From the NCBI GenBank assembly GCA_001662655.1, contig KV460244.1: 64,000 nucleotides of DNA. One strand, 5' to 3'. The translations under genes and the position numbers were made by a program. Under the pieces are notes generated by a model. The model was given only the letters and a program-made list of their open reading frames with translations, was not told where the DNA came from and made no database searches. Every line of letters begins with the position of its first letter. Within the stretch, counting starts at the first letter, position 1. Source of the stretch: Pseudogymnoascus verrucosus (taxonomy: Eukaryota). This document shows positions 24,331 to 35,856 of the stretch, one piece after another.

Positions 24331-25672
24331 ATGTCTACCACGACTTCGACAACCACCACATCTACTTCTCCCTCCACAAAGCGCCATCATCACGAGCATG
24401 ATGACGTGGTGGATACACCGCGAAAGAGGAGACAGACAATTCAAAAGGAGGCAAATGTGGAAAGTTTCCAGGTTACGCACCAGGAAGTCCTGCTCCTCCA
24501 TGGTGTGAAGCAGCCATATACACATACTACCAAGTATGAGATCCCACAAATAAAAACCGACACAGAGATGTTGGTGAAAGTTAATGTCATTGGACTGAAC
24601 CCGATTGACTGGAAAGCATCGTAAGTGCTTTTTCCCACGCAGAAATACAGTTCAACTGCTAATATCACGCAGGGACTTTGGTTGGGGACTCCCAGCCTTA
24701 CCATGTATCTCTGGGCGCGACCTGGCCGGCACAGTTGTCAAGACGCCAAAGCGAGAATCCCGCTTTAAAGTGGGAGACAAGGTCATCGCCGTCTCAACCG
24801 ACTACCGCGATAACCGCAAGTCCGCATACCAAGAATACGCCATCGCCTCCGAACACAACGTCTGCCGTCTTCCCCCCTCAATCTCCGCCCTAGATGCTGC
24901 GCCTGTAGGAGTCGCCTATGTGGCCGCGGCACTCATGTTGGGTGTGTGCATCGGGCTCGATTTCTCACACGTAAATGGACCAGATCTATATACCATTTCG
25001 AGGAAGCTGGACCCCGAAAGCGTGCCAAAGGATATCAAAGACGAGGTCTTCAACAGCAACATAACGCCTGCCTTGCGGCCGAAGAAAGGAGACTGGCTAG
25101 CTATCTGGGGTGGTAGTAGCGCGACTGGGTGCATCGCACTGCAATTAGCCAAACTCGCTGGGCTGCGCGTCGTGTGCATCCTCGACGTCGCGCGGAACGG
25201 GGCACGCATGCTGAAACTGGGCGCGGATCTTCTCATCGATCGCTTGGATACGGAACGTGCGGTTGAGATTGTACGAAGCGTCACGGGGGGTCAACTTACT
25301 TGGGGAATCGATACACGTGGGAAGGAGAGCGCGGGACTGCTCGCGAGGGCGATGGCCTCACCTTCTGACGCCAAAGCAGAGGGTGATAATGACAAGGGCA
25401 AGGCATTGGGACACCTCGTCGCCCTCACGGGCCGTCCGTCCTCACCAACCCCAGGCATCCAGTACCACACGCTCCCTATCAAACTATTCCACGAGGCAGC
25501 GCCTGTGGGCGAGGCACTAATGGTGTGGCTGGAAAGACTATTTGAAGAAGGGAAGCTCCATCCGCCGCCAATTGAGGTTGCCACAGGCGGGTTGCAAGGG
25601 GTGAATGGTGCGCTGGACCGGCTGAGAGAGGGGGCGGCTGGGGGAGAGAGGATTGTTGTGCCATTAACTTGA
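24331..25672 (+). CDS. MDR-superfamily enoyl-reductase-like oxidoreductase (intron 24622-24672)
   Basis: IGLNPIDWK, GRDLAG.V, and nucleotide-binding IWGGSSATG.IALQLAKLAG. Confidence 0.88.
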
Positions 25673-26340
25673 GTGGGGTAGATGAATTCATGACACGAAA
25701 ATGGAGTCCCGCATTAGATTTGGGGCATATACGACTTGGCATACTTAGCATATTCATAAAATATAGACGGTACATAACCATGATGAGCCGTGAAGAAACC
25801 TATTTTCGATAGTTGTTTACTTGGGTGATACTGTTCCGACTTGATAGCTGCAGTAGGGTTCCACCGATATCGGAATATAGTTAATGCGACCCAAGACCCC
25901 GCTACCCGCTAATCAGGAGCCTCCAGCTTTCCACGGGTCCGTGCCTTACCTGCCTTAGGCCTGCATTTGCCCTTTAAGGGACGGCCTTAGCGGCCTTAGC
26001 GGCCTTTGGCTCATTGTGGGGTCGAATGGCAACATCGACGGCGAATGCCTCTTAATATCAAGCAAATCCCTTTAACGCGATATCAAGCAAACACCGAGAG
26101 GATTGATCTGCCGGTGCCGGAATCAAGAAATCTCTGCGTGGGGGATGATGATTGTATCACAGAGTGTTACGACGACTTGCCGTTACGTTTAGGATAAGAA
26201 AACTTGGAAGCTAGCTGGCCAAGTAAGTGATGCATGTGCGGTTGTTATCACATGGGAGAATGGGCTGTCGACGGCATTCGTAGCCGGTACTAATCGAGGT
26301 GGGAGTCATTCTATTCCTCAAAATAACTAAGTTATGTTTT

Positions 26341-26460
26341 TTCATGAAATATCATATGAGAATTATACAATAGAGGTAGGTCTGAATTCTATTCATCAAG
26401 TGTCATATGATAATCACAAACAAATCCCGTTCATCAAATGTTATATGAGAACCACAAACA
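26341..26460. repeat. Three degenerate copies of a ~30-nt unit (ttcatcaaatgttatatgagaaccacaaac)
   Basis: Copies start at about 26341, 26392 and 26430, just downstream of the DUR3-like stop codon. Confidence 0.65.
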
Positions 26461-26488
26461 GCCTTCATTTCTATTATCTCCATGACGT

Positions 26489-28618
26489 TTAAATATCTGC
26501 CCCCTTTACACCACCGTTCTCCGCCTCTCCACTCGTAGAGCTAGTCTCCGAGCCCCCCCTTTCGCTCTTCCCCCCCGAGTTCCCCTTCCTCAGCTTCCCC
26601 TCCCGCACCGCTGTCCAAATTAAGCCCAACTGCTGCCGTCCGTCAACTATCGGGTAAAAGCCCGCTACGAGCAGCGTGCCCCACACCCAGATGATAGCCA
26701 CAACCACCCAGGCCGTGAAGAAGGATTTGCTGAAAATGTACTTCGAAGCGTACATGGGAAGCGGCCACAACACCCAGTGCCCCAGGAAGGTAGCTGCAGA
26801 GAAGAGTGCAGCGATGTACGCCCAGCGGCGCATGACTGCTTGGGAAACTGGCTCGTCTAGTTTTTCAACTTCGGTAGATGAGGATGAGGATGTGTTGGTG
26901 GTGGATGGGGTAGCTGCGAACGCGAGCTTTTCCTTCTTGAAATCCTCCCAGTCGTAGTTCTGTGGTTTGAAGACGGTAATGATGAGGGTGTAGGGTAGCG
27001 GACTGAACGCAGACGCGACAGTGCCATAGACACAGGGAAGAGCGAAACCAGTCGTTTCGATCGTGACGGCGCCGTAGAGTGCGTATGCGCTTCCGAGCCA
27101 CACACCAATTCCAGTAAGCATTCCCAGGATCGGAGATACGATGACAGCAGCGCGGGACTGGTGCTTCCAGAGGAGCGTAAACACGGTGGGGAAGATACCG
27201 GGACAGGTGATCACACCGAGCATATACAGAGTCCATCCTAGATTCACACCGACATAGAACAGCAGCGTACTGAATGCCGCGGCAACGACTCCGAAAAACA
27301 CAACGCCATAGTGGCTCCAGCGGATGACATCTGCATCTGTAGCCTGCGGCCGGAAATATGTGCGATAGATGTCGAAGCTGATAATCGAGCTCACGGCAAT
27401 GACCTGCGCAGACAGCGTAGATGTGACGGCCATGAACGTCGCGAGGAGAATTGCAGCTGCGCCGCCTTTGCCTGCAATCGCCATTGCGGCGTATGGCAGG
27501 ACGAGGCCATTTCCGACCTCAGTGGATGTCATACGGCGCGGGTATGTTGGGAAGGCGGGGTTGTTCTCAAGGCCGAGAGCGACGCTTGACATCAGTGTGC
27601 CTAGGCACCAGGGAATTGCGAAGTACATGATGCCGCCGAGGACATAACCTGGTACTGTTGCTTTGGGGGATGCAGCGAAGGCTTTGACGAAGAATGAGGT
27701 GTCCATGATAACCAAGCCAAAGTTGGCGCATAGATGCAAGATACCAAACAGCAAACCATCCTTCGAAGTCATGGTGAGATATGTGCTTCCATGGTTTCCT
27801 GTTGGGGGATGGCGCAGCGCAGCGGAGACGACAAGATCGTAGAGCCCTCCTATTGAACCGATCTCGGGAATAGTGAAGGCCTTAACGGTAAAGAAGCAAA
27901 TGATGATCAGGATGGCAAAGGTATGAATATAGTCGGTAAGGAATGTAGCTTTGATGCCACCCACGAAGGTGTACAGGACGACGCCGACGGGGACAAGGAA
28001 GGTCGCAGCGATGGTGTGTATTCCTGTCAAGGCGTTGATCGCAGCAGAAGCACCGAGAAGCATATTGGCGACTGCAAATAGATTGTTCAGGAGACAGAGA
28101 AACATGAAGACAATATGAGCAACGGTTCCTGTATCGTGTTAGTATATTCCTCTCTACATATGTTTTTAAAGGGGAGAAAGATAAGACGCACCATAACGTA
28201 TCCTCACAATCTCCAACAGAGTATGCGCCTCTGGAATCCTCATCTTGCATACCATTCCCAGCAAGGCAAAGAATACAATCATTGGACTACATCCAGCGGC
28301 AAACCAGAAAGGCCCTGAAATCCCATAAGAGTATCCTACCAAGCTGGACCCAAGTATAGCAGTACTCCAAAGCCAGGATGAGATAACAGCAGAAGCCGTT
28401 AATCCTGTGCCCACGCTGCGATTTGCGGTAATGAACATCTCAGTCTTAGTATTGTCTTCATTGACAGTCTTTTTGAGGAGTTTGGTGACGAAGATCATGC
28501 CAATGGCGAAGACCAGGCCGATGACAACGACGACGACATATCCGACCGCCTGGGAGAGAGGAGGAGGGACTTGAAAATAAACATCTTCACCAACGGAGGC
28601 TGGAGCTGAGGAAACCAT
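26489..28618 (-). CDS. Sodium:solute symporter, DUR3-like urea/polyamine transporter (intron ~28130-28190)
   Basis: PPLSQAVGY, GLTASAVISSWLW, GGIKATFLTDYIH and FAIPWCLGT; many transmembrane segments. Confidence 0.9.
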
Positions 28619-29284
28619 CTTGGAGGGAGTGTTGGAATACTTCAGATGCTGGTTTCTCACATCTGAGGGACACGGAAATTCTTATATTGCATAGTAGGAA
28701 AATATGATACTTGGATTAATGATGTGATTATCTCGCACACGTGCTGAATTGACCCCGCCCGTTCCAAAATGAACCTAGCCAACTCCTTACTTCAGGAGAG
28801 GATTATCACCCTGTCTGACGCGGACAAAAATAATTCAATAAAATCGTTCTGTCCTGATATCACGCAATTGCGATTGTCCAGGAACTCGGTACATGCCATC
28901 CATGCACGGGCTGTCGATTCTAAAAATCGGAGCAGCACGGAAGTGGAGACACCACCACGCTTATGGAGAGCACATCACCTCGCGACAAATGATGCAATAT
29001 GACCATCAACTATATCGGAGCTCTACTGAACTATGGAAAAACAGGGGTGACCCCGACAATTAGTATGATGCGGGGAGAGGGAGCTCATCGCAAGTGGGGG
29101 TAGGGATTGACCTAAAGATCTTGCAACTTTTAATATAGCGTGGCCGAGCGCCCTGATTCATGACATGAGTGAAGGAGGAGTATAAGAACAAATATACCCC
29201 ATTATAGACGATCTTCTAAAGTCAAAAAAGTCAATCATACCCATCAAATCAGCTCTCTTTCGCGCAAAACAAATTGTGGAAAAG

Positions 29285-30932
29285 ATGACTACAACGAACG
29301 GGACGTCAAAGGCGGAGGGTGCTCAACCCCCAGCGGGCAAGAAGCTTCTTATTCTCAATGCCTTCGTAATGATGTGTAAGATACTCTACTCATCTTGATC
29401 CGCGCATGAATGAAGCTGAACATATATCCCCAATTGCAGGCAGTGGACATCAATCCCCAGGATTATGGCGTCACCCGAAAGATCAATCGCACCGATTCAA
29501 TGAGCTCGAATACTGGCAAGACCTCGCAAAGCTGCTCGAGAAAGGTAAATTCCACGGCATGTTCATTGCGGATGTCCTTGGGGGATACGATGTGTATAAG
29601 GGCCCTCAAAACCTCGAGCCAGTGAAGGTATCGGGCGCACAATGGCCAATCAATGAGCCATTGCAGGTTGTGCCGGCCATGGCGGGTGTCACGAAGAATC
29701 TTGGGTTCGGAGTCACCATCGCGACAACATACGAGCAGCCATACCATCTAGCAAGGCGGATATCGACAGCAGATCACCTTACAAAAGGCCGTTTAGCGTG
29801 GAACATTGTGACGGGCTATCTCGATTCCGCAGCGAGGAACCTGGGACATACATCACAGCCAAACCATGCCGACCGTTATGCCGCAGCGGATGAATACATC
29901 GAGGTCATATACAAACTCTTAGAGTCGTCATGGAGAGACGATGCCGTGGTCCTTGATGCGAAGCGAGGAGTATACACAGAACCCAGCCGTGTCCGGAAGA
30001 TTGACCACGTTGGCAAGTTTTATAACGTCCCAGGACCGCATATCTGCCAGCCCAGCCCACAGAGAACCCCAGTATTATGCCAGGCAGGCACCTCAAAGTC
30101 CGGGCAAGCATTTGCCTCGAAGAATGCCGAGGTGGTTTTTGTTGCCGGCCACAGCCCGTCGGTCATCAAGAAGAACGTGGCTGCAATTAGAGAGCAAGCG
30201 GCGGAAAATGGGAGAGATCCTCAGAACGTCAAGTTCTTGACTATGCTATGCCCAATTCTTGGGAGGACGCAAGAAGAAGCCGAGGCTAAGTACGAAGAAT
30301 ACACGAACCTCGCATCTGTGGATGGCGCACTTGCGCTTTTCGGAGGGTGGACAGGAATCGACCTTGACACATATGATGACGACCAAGAGCTCCGTCATGT
30401 CGAGAGCAATGCAATTAGATCCGCCGTTGAAGGATGGTCAAAGTCATTACCAGGAGTTGCGAAATGGACGAAGCATACTGTGGCAAAGCACATCGGGGTT
30501 GGTGGCTTGGGAGCAACTGTCGTGGGAACACCAGAAAAGGTAGCAGACGAGCTTGAACGCTGGGTCGCTGAGGCCGATGTTGATGGCTTCAATATTGTAA
30601 GTTCTCACCGCATCTATTTATCTTCATGCCTTTTTATGCTCGTTGAATTTTGGCCGGGGTAGAGATTCTAACTTTGGCAGGCATATTCCATAACACCCGG
30701 CAGCTTTGAAGATGTTATCGAGCTGCTGCTTCCGGAATTAAAAAAGCGTGGTATCTTCCATGAAGATTATGAGGTTGATGGTGGCACATACCGCGAGAAT
30801 CTCTACAAGAGGCCAGGCCAGTCTGGTCTGCTGCCCGATCACCCAGCGGCACACTATAGATGGCGTGTCCCCGAGGAAGATTCCCAAGCGAATAACAAGC
30901 GTAAGCGTGAAGATAATGATACGAAGCCATAG
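29285..30932 (+). CDS. FMNH2-dependent luciferase-like monooxygenase, NtaA/SnaA/DszA family (introns ~29376-29439 and 30597-30680)
   Basis: GHQSPGLWRHP, FIADVLGGYDVY, DHLTKGRLAWNIVT, PSPQRTPVLCQAGTS. The last exon AYSITPGSFED..LLLPEL.KRG ends at TAG 30932. Confidence 0.92.
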
Positions 30933-31645
30933 TCAACAAATGAAATGAAGATCTTAGCCTTTCCCACAAAAAAACATTGGTGAATATTAATGCGCAGTCT
31001 GAAGCAGAGGCTGATAGACTGACCGCTAGACCTGTCTAGGTCTTCATATCTTACTTTATATGTGGCCATTCGATATATACCAACCCCCAACCCCTATTAT
31101 CCATAAACATATCAGCCGTATCCCTCTCTCCCGTTATCACCAAGTACCCCTCAAACTAGTCCTCTAAAATTACAGTTATATAGTTGGCAGTCTCCTCCAT
31201 TTGATGCAAGTGGACGGAATATTCGTGTCCGTCAGTTGTGCCGAAATGCAACCCCGCATGATAATGTATGAGCTAACGAAACAGGCAGGTTTTAAACTCT
31301 ATTAGCCGCGATGAGTTTAACAGAAACGTAGATTTGCCAAGAATTGCAGCTGCAACTTTCAGCAGTGATCCGACGTATATTTAATCAGTGTTAGATCCGT
31401 AGGAGTTAGAAGGCGAATGTTAGATTGCAAGAAAACTACAACCACCAATGCAACTTAACCAATTAAGTTTATATATATTTTGACTTCCTTTTGGCCGATT
31501 GATCTTATTGCATCCTGGCTATCATAAACAGGGGATATAATGCTTAACATAAATAAGAACTTATCTCCTAACTCAACATCTTTGAGAATGGTGCATTGCT
31601 GTCAAATTAGAACGAAGAAGCATTATCACCAAGTACGCTTTTACA

Positions 31646-32791
31646 ATGCTATTTTATAAGCCTCTGAATATATGCTCTGGGCTTTTGCTACTTTGTAGTA
31701 ATGTGGATGCCCAACAGGCATCGAATGCAAAGTTGCCGGATCCATTCCACTTCGTCGATGGTAGTGCCGTCACATCTAAGAGCCAGTGGGATACCCGTCG
31801 AGAGGAAATCAACCAGCTCTATCAAAATGACGAAGCCGGAACCTTTCCACCAAAGCCATCGACCTTCTCTGCAACTTTCGCGTCAAACATTCTCACTATC
31901 ACTTGCTCTGAAGGAGGCAAACCAATTAGTTTCACAGCATCAATCAAATATCCATCATCAGGACAAGTTCCTTACCCCGCTATCATTGGCTATGGCGGGG
32001 GTTCCATCCCAGCACCTGCAGGAGTTGCAATGATCAACTACAACAACCTTGACCTAGCTGCTGATGCCACCACTCGCGGTGGCGGAAAATTTTACACTCT
32101 CTACGGCACAAGCACCACTGCAGGCGCCGAGGCTGCATGGGCATGGGGCGCCAGCCGAATCCTCGACGCCCTCGAGATAACCCCAGGCGCACGTATCAAC
32201 CCAGAGCGAGTCGGAATAACAGGCTGCTCCCGCTACGGCAAAGGAGCCTTCATGGCCGGCGCCCTCGAGCCACGCTATGCCCTCACTATCCCACAGGAAT
32301 CCGGCGTCTCGGGCTCTGGCTGTTGGCGCCTCGCCGCAGACCTGAATAAGAATGGGCAGAGCGTCGAGGCGGCCGGGAATCTCGCCATGCCCAACACCAA
32401 CTGGCTTTGCCCGGCCTTCGACACGTTTGCCAAGGCTATCAATACTCTGCCCTTCGACCACCACATGATTGCTGGTATGATTGCACCTCGCGGCCTCTAC
32501 GTTATTGACAATCTGGACTACGTGTGGCTCGGCCCGGAGAGCAATTTCGGCTGTATGACCGCTGCGCAGGAAATCTACAAGAGCTTAGGTGCCACATCCT
32601 CTATGGGTTATTCGGCGATTGGAGGGCACGCACACTGCGCCTTCGACTCACGCCAGCAGTCGGAGCTTACTGCCTTCGTGAACCGATTCTTGCTCGACAA
32701 GGACGTGGATACCACGGTAATTAACAATGGTGGGGGGTTCACGTTTGATAAGTCGAAATGGATTAACTGGACTACTCCGACATTGACGTGA
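31646..32791 (+). CDS. Secreted CE15 glucuronoyl esterase
   Basis: Signal peptide, LPDPF, nucleophile motif GCSRYGKG, PQESG, LPFDHH and GGHAHC. Confidence 0.92.
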   Translation: MLFYKPLNICSGLLLLCSNVDAQQASNAKLPDPFHFVDGSAVTSKSQWDTRREEINQLYQNDEAGTFPPKPSTFSATFASNILTITCSEGGKPISFTASIKYPSSGQVPYPAIIGYGGGSIPAPAGVAMINYNNLDLAADATTRGGGKFYTLYGTSTTAGAEAAWAWGASRILDALEITPGARINPERVGITGCSRYGKGAFMAGALEPRYALTIPQESGVSGSGCWRLAADLNKNGQSVEAAGNLAMPNTNWLCPAFDTFAKAINTLPFDHHMIAGMIAPRGLYVIDNLDYVWLGPESNFGCMTAAQEIYKSLGATSSMGYSAIGGHAHCAFDSRQQSELTAFVNRFLLDKDVDTTVINNGGGFTFDKSKWINWTTPTLT

Positions 32792-33162
32792 TTTTGCCTC
32801 TGGGTTTGTAGAACGAGATTCATAGCCTTGCTATGTATGACTGGTCGAGACAGCTTTGTTGATATCCATACCATTAGTACTTATTTATAATGCTTCACAC
32901 CCAAGCAAGACTTTCCTCCGCCGCCCCTGCACAACTGTTTTACTAGTAAATACAATGCCAATCCCATATTTCGACCCCGCCCATATCAAAACCCATTCCT
33001 CATTGACAACGTCACATCATAACCTTTACCAGCATACCTGCCACCATAAAAACTAGATGGCCTGCCACTATAACCACCGGGTCTACCACCCAACGCCGCA
33101 AGTCAAAATAATACAACCCCACCACCCATAACCCCCACTGTAAATAATACACCGCTGACTAC

Positions 33163-35475
33163 TCACCATGCGTACCCATCCCCCGCACCACCCTCATTCG
33201 TCCCATCCCAATCTTCATCCCCTTCCGGCTCGCTGTCCAGGAAATCCTCCTCTCGAAACTGCTTCTCCGTCGGCCTCAGATTATCAATCTTGAAGTCAAC
33301 AACCTCGCACATGCCTTGAACCACCTCCCGCTTCGGTTTCTCTTTCTCTTTCTCTTTCTCCTTACCGCCGTCGCCGCCCCTCCTTCGGTGCACCAGCGGC
33401 GCGTCATCTGAATCGGACGCATCACTCGTGAGAGATGGGAGACGCGACGAGGGACTCAGCGCTTTGGGTCCGTGGAAGCCGGCGGTGCTGCGGAGGGCGG
33501 CGAGCTCGCGCGCGGCATGGCGAGATTTAGGACTTAGTGCAGGTGATTGCCCTGGAGGTGGCGTGACTTCAGGTTCAGAGGAGGATTCTCTGTAGCTCAG
33601 CCGTTCAAGGACTCGGCGGCGTTTTGGAGGAGGATTGGCCGAGCGTAGAGTTCGCCTCTTGGGTTCTTCATCCTCGTCAAATATTGTCGTCAACCTGGGT
33701 TTTCGGGTTAATCGAGACATGGGAAGGTCATCGTCGCTTAAATCTATGACTTGGGGTCCGGGTTTTGGTGGTTCTGCCAATTGCTTCTTATGTGCTGCAT
33801 ACGCGCCCATTGACCTGAGATGTGGATTCGGCGGTGTTGGCTTCCGTTTGAAAACACGTTCAAATGCCTTCTGCCACCTGTCGCGGAACCCTCCGCGGTC
33901 TCGCCAGCTGATGGTATCCAATATAGCCTTGATCACCAGCGTACGAAGGTGAGGAAGCGTCCCGGCACTATCAAGCAAGCTGCGGAAAAAGACCTCGGCG
34001 GCATCGACATCCCATTTACGTAGTTGGATCAGTTCAAGCGTCTGGAGCGTCGTTGGCCATGTAGGCACCTCGTCCTCGCGCAGTAACTGGTCGAAGAATG
34101 GCTCCGAATCTTTGAAGGTCGCGTGGAGATTGTAGTATGTGAGGTTCATTTGCAAGCTGACGAGGTTCGGACATGCGCTTCCTAATATGGTAAGAAACGA
34201 TATGCTCAGTGACTGGTTGTGATTGAGAGTCAGAGTCCGAAGCTGTCTCCCATGCGTCACCAGAAATTCGGCCAGATCATCCGATGATAGCTCGCTGCAG
34301 GCAATAATGTCCAGATGTTTTAGGTTGTTTGGAAGGCCAAGAAGTAGCTCGTGATTGAGCAGAGAGCTTGCTTCAAAAATGACATGTTCTAGGTTGGGAA
34401 GATGTGAAATTGCTTCGGCGAGTAGCTTCACGTGCTCTGGCGCCACGAATTCTGCAGTGATCTTCTTTGGGCGAACTGGAGCTTGGTAGTTGATGAATGC
34501 GACCTTGCGCAATCCCTTGAAACAAGGCGTCTGGTGCAGCTCTATGATTCTTCTCAAATCGTTCTCCGGGTTGGGGTGTTTGCTGACCATCCGCGAGCTC
34601 CAACGCCAGCTTTGAAGGCGAGTCGGAACGCCATCTACGTTCTTGGACAATGCCTCAAAGAGTTGGGGTGGATAGCTCCATTTTATCGTCTCATCCAACT
34701 CCCGATATGGAGTGAAGTCTTTTTGATGGTATAATTCAAGGTCGACAAGACGCGGGGCGTGGAAAACAAGCCCATACAGGTCCAGAACCCCAGACCCAGT
34801 CAGCGTATAAGCTGCTGTTTGAAGAACCTCGACTTGTAGTTTCTCGACTTTCGAACGATAATTGTACACCATATTTGATTGGTCGGATTTCAACAAGTCG
34901 CAGAGGGTGTGAGCTCGATCCATCGGTGTCAAACAAGGCGAGCGATACAGGATGGTAAGGGCGGGCTCTGAGAACGAACGACATAACTTAGAGGTCTGAA
35001 ATAGCCATTGCCAATTAGCCGTCTGGTTGAAAGTGCGTTCATCTACAAGCGGATAAGACGCATAGTAGAAGATCTGAAGAAGTATTTGGTATGGTAGCGT
35101 CTGCCATGGTGGCATGACGCCGGCGCTGTATCGATCGACGTCAACCACGGGCTTCGGCATTGGTATAGTCTTCTTTATGGTCGAGGTTCGGGAGGCAGGC
35201 TGTAGACGACGCTTCCTGGGAGAGTGTTCGTACAATATTTGTTCGTCCGAGTCTGACCCGTCCCGCGCTGCCCGTTGACGGCGGGGTCTCGCAGATGCCG
35301 CATTTGACGAGGTTTTGGCACGCTTTGGCGCCCGAGAAGGTTCGTAGTCAGCTTTTTCATCTACCTCATCGGCGCTGTCCGATGAAGATTCGCGATAGCT
35401 AATGCGGTGTCCAGCGTGCCTCGAGGAGCTTGTCGATGCGGCGGATCGAGGCTGCCGCCTAGCCCTCTGCGCCAT
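33163..35475 (-). CDS. Conserved fungal nuclear protein with F-box-like and LRR (RNI-like) region
   Basis: Single long ORF; first in-frame ATG at 35475. WQTLPYQILLQIF resembles an F-box start; LxxLxL repeats (LPNLEHV, LKHLDI, LRTLTL, LQTLEL); basic/acidic termini. Confidence 0.7.
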   Translation of the reverse strand: MAQRARRQPRSAASTSSSRHAGHRISYRESSSDSADEVDEKADYEPSRAPKRAKTSSNAASARPRRQRAARDGSDSDEQILYEHSPRKRRLQPASRTSTIKKTIPMPKPVVDVDRYSAGVMPPWQTLPYQILLQIFYYASYPLVDERTFNQTANWQWLFQTSKLCRSFSEPALTILYRSPCLTPMDRAHTLCDLLKSDQSNMVYNYRSKVEKLQVEVLQTAAYTLTGSGVLDLYGLVFHAPRLVDLELYHQKDFTPYRELDETIKWSYPPQLFEALSKNVDGVPTRLQSWRWSSRMVSKHPNPENDLRRIIELHQTPCFKGLRKVAFINYQAPVRPKKITAEFVAPEHVKLLAEAISHLPNLEHVIFEASSLLNHELLLGLPNNLKHLDIIACSELSSDDLAEFLVTHGRQLRTLTLNHNQSLSISFLTILGSACPNLVSLQMNLTYYNLHATFKDSEPFFDQLLREDEVPTWPTTLQTLELIQLRKWDVDAAEVFFRSLLDSAGTLPHLRTLVIKAILDTISWRDRGGFRDRWQKAFERVFKRKPTPPNPHLRSMGAYAAHKKQLAEPPKPGPQVIDLSDDDLPMSRLTRKPRLTTIFDEDEEPKRRTLRSANPPPKRRRVLERLSYRESSSEPEVTPPPGQSPALSPKSRHAARELAALRSTAGFHGPKALSPSSRLPSLTSDASDSDDAPLVHRRRGGDGGKEKEKEKEKPKREVVQGMCEVVDFKIDNLRPTEKQFREEDFLDSEPEGDEDWDGTNEGGAGDGYAW

Positions 35476-35856
35476 GGCGAGTTGCGTCTGCCCTCTGGGC
35501 TTGGGCTTGGGTTTGGGTTTGGGCAAAATGGAGTGGATATCTTTGATTCAAGCCTCAAGCCTCGATCATCTTGGAAACGTGGAGATTAGCGAACTACCAT
35601 GCGAAGTGGCAAAGTTATTCGGGTGGTGGTGATGGGCGATAAATGTCTAGAGAATGCGTCACGGAGATTTGGGGCGCAAGTGCGATAAGATAAGATCGTT
35701 GATCTTATCTTATCGCCTTGGTCTGTTCGTCGTGGTAATCGAAACCACGACGAATAACAGTGACTGTCACCTGACAATCCTCATATACATGACGCCGTAG
35801 GGAGTCATAGACGACGGACTGCATCACAATTCGGACAAATCCCAGAAAGAGGCAAG

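Noticed and set aside
28619..29284. GATA (AreA) sites in the transporter/monooxygenase promoter
   Set aside because: Only a couple of HGATAR matches, no more than expected by chance.
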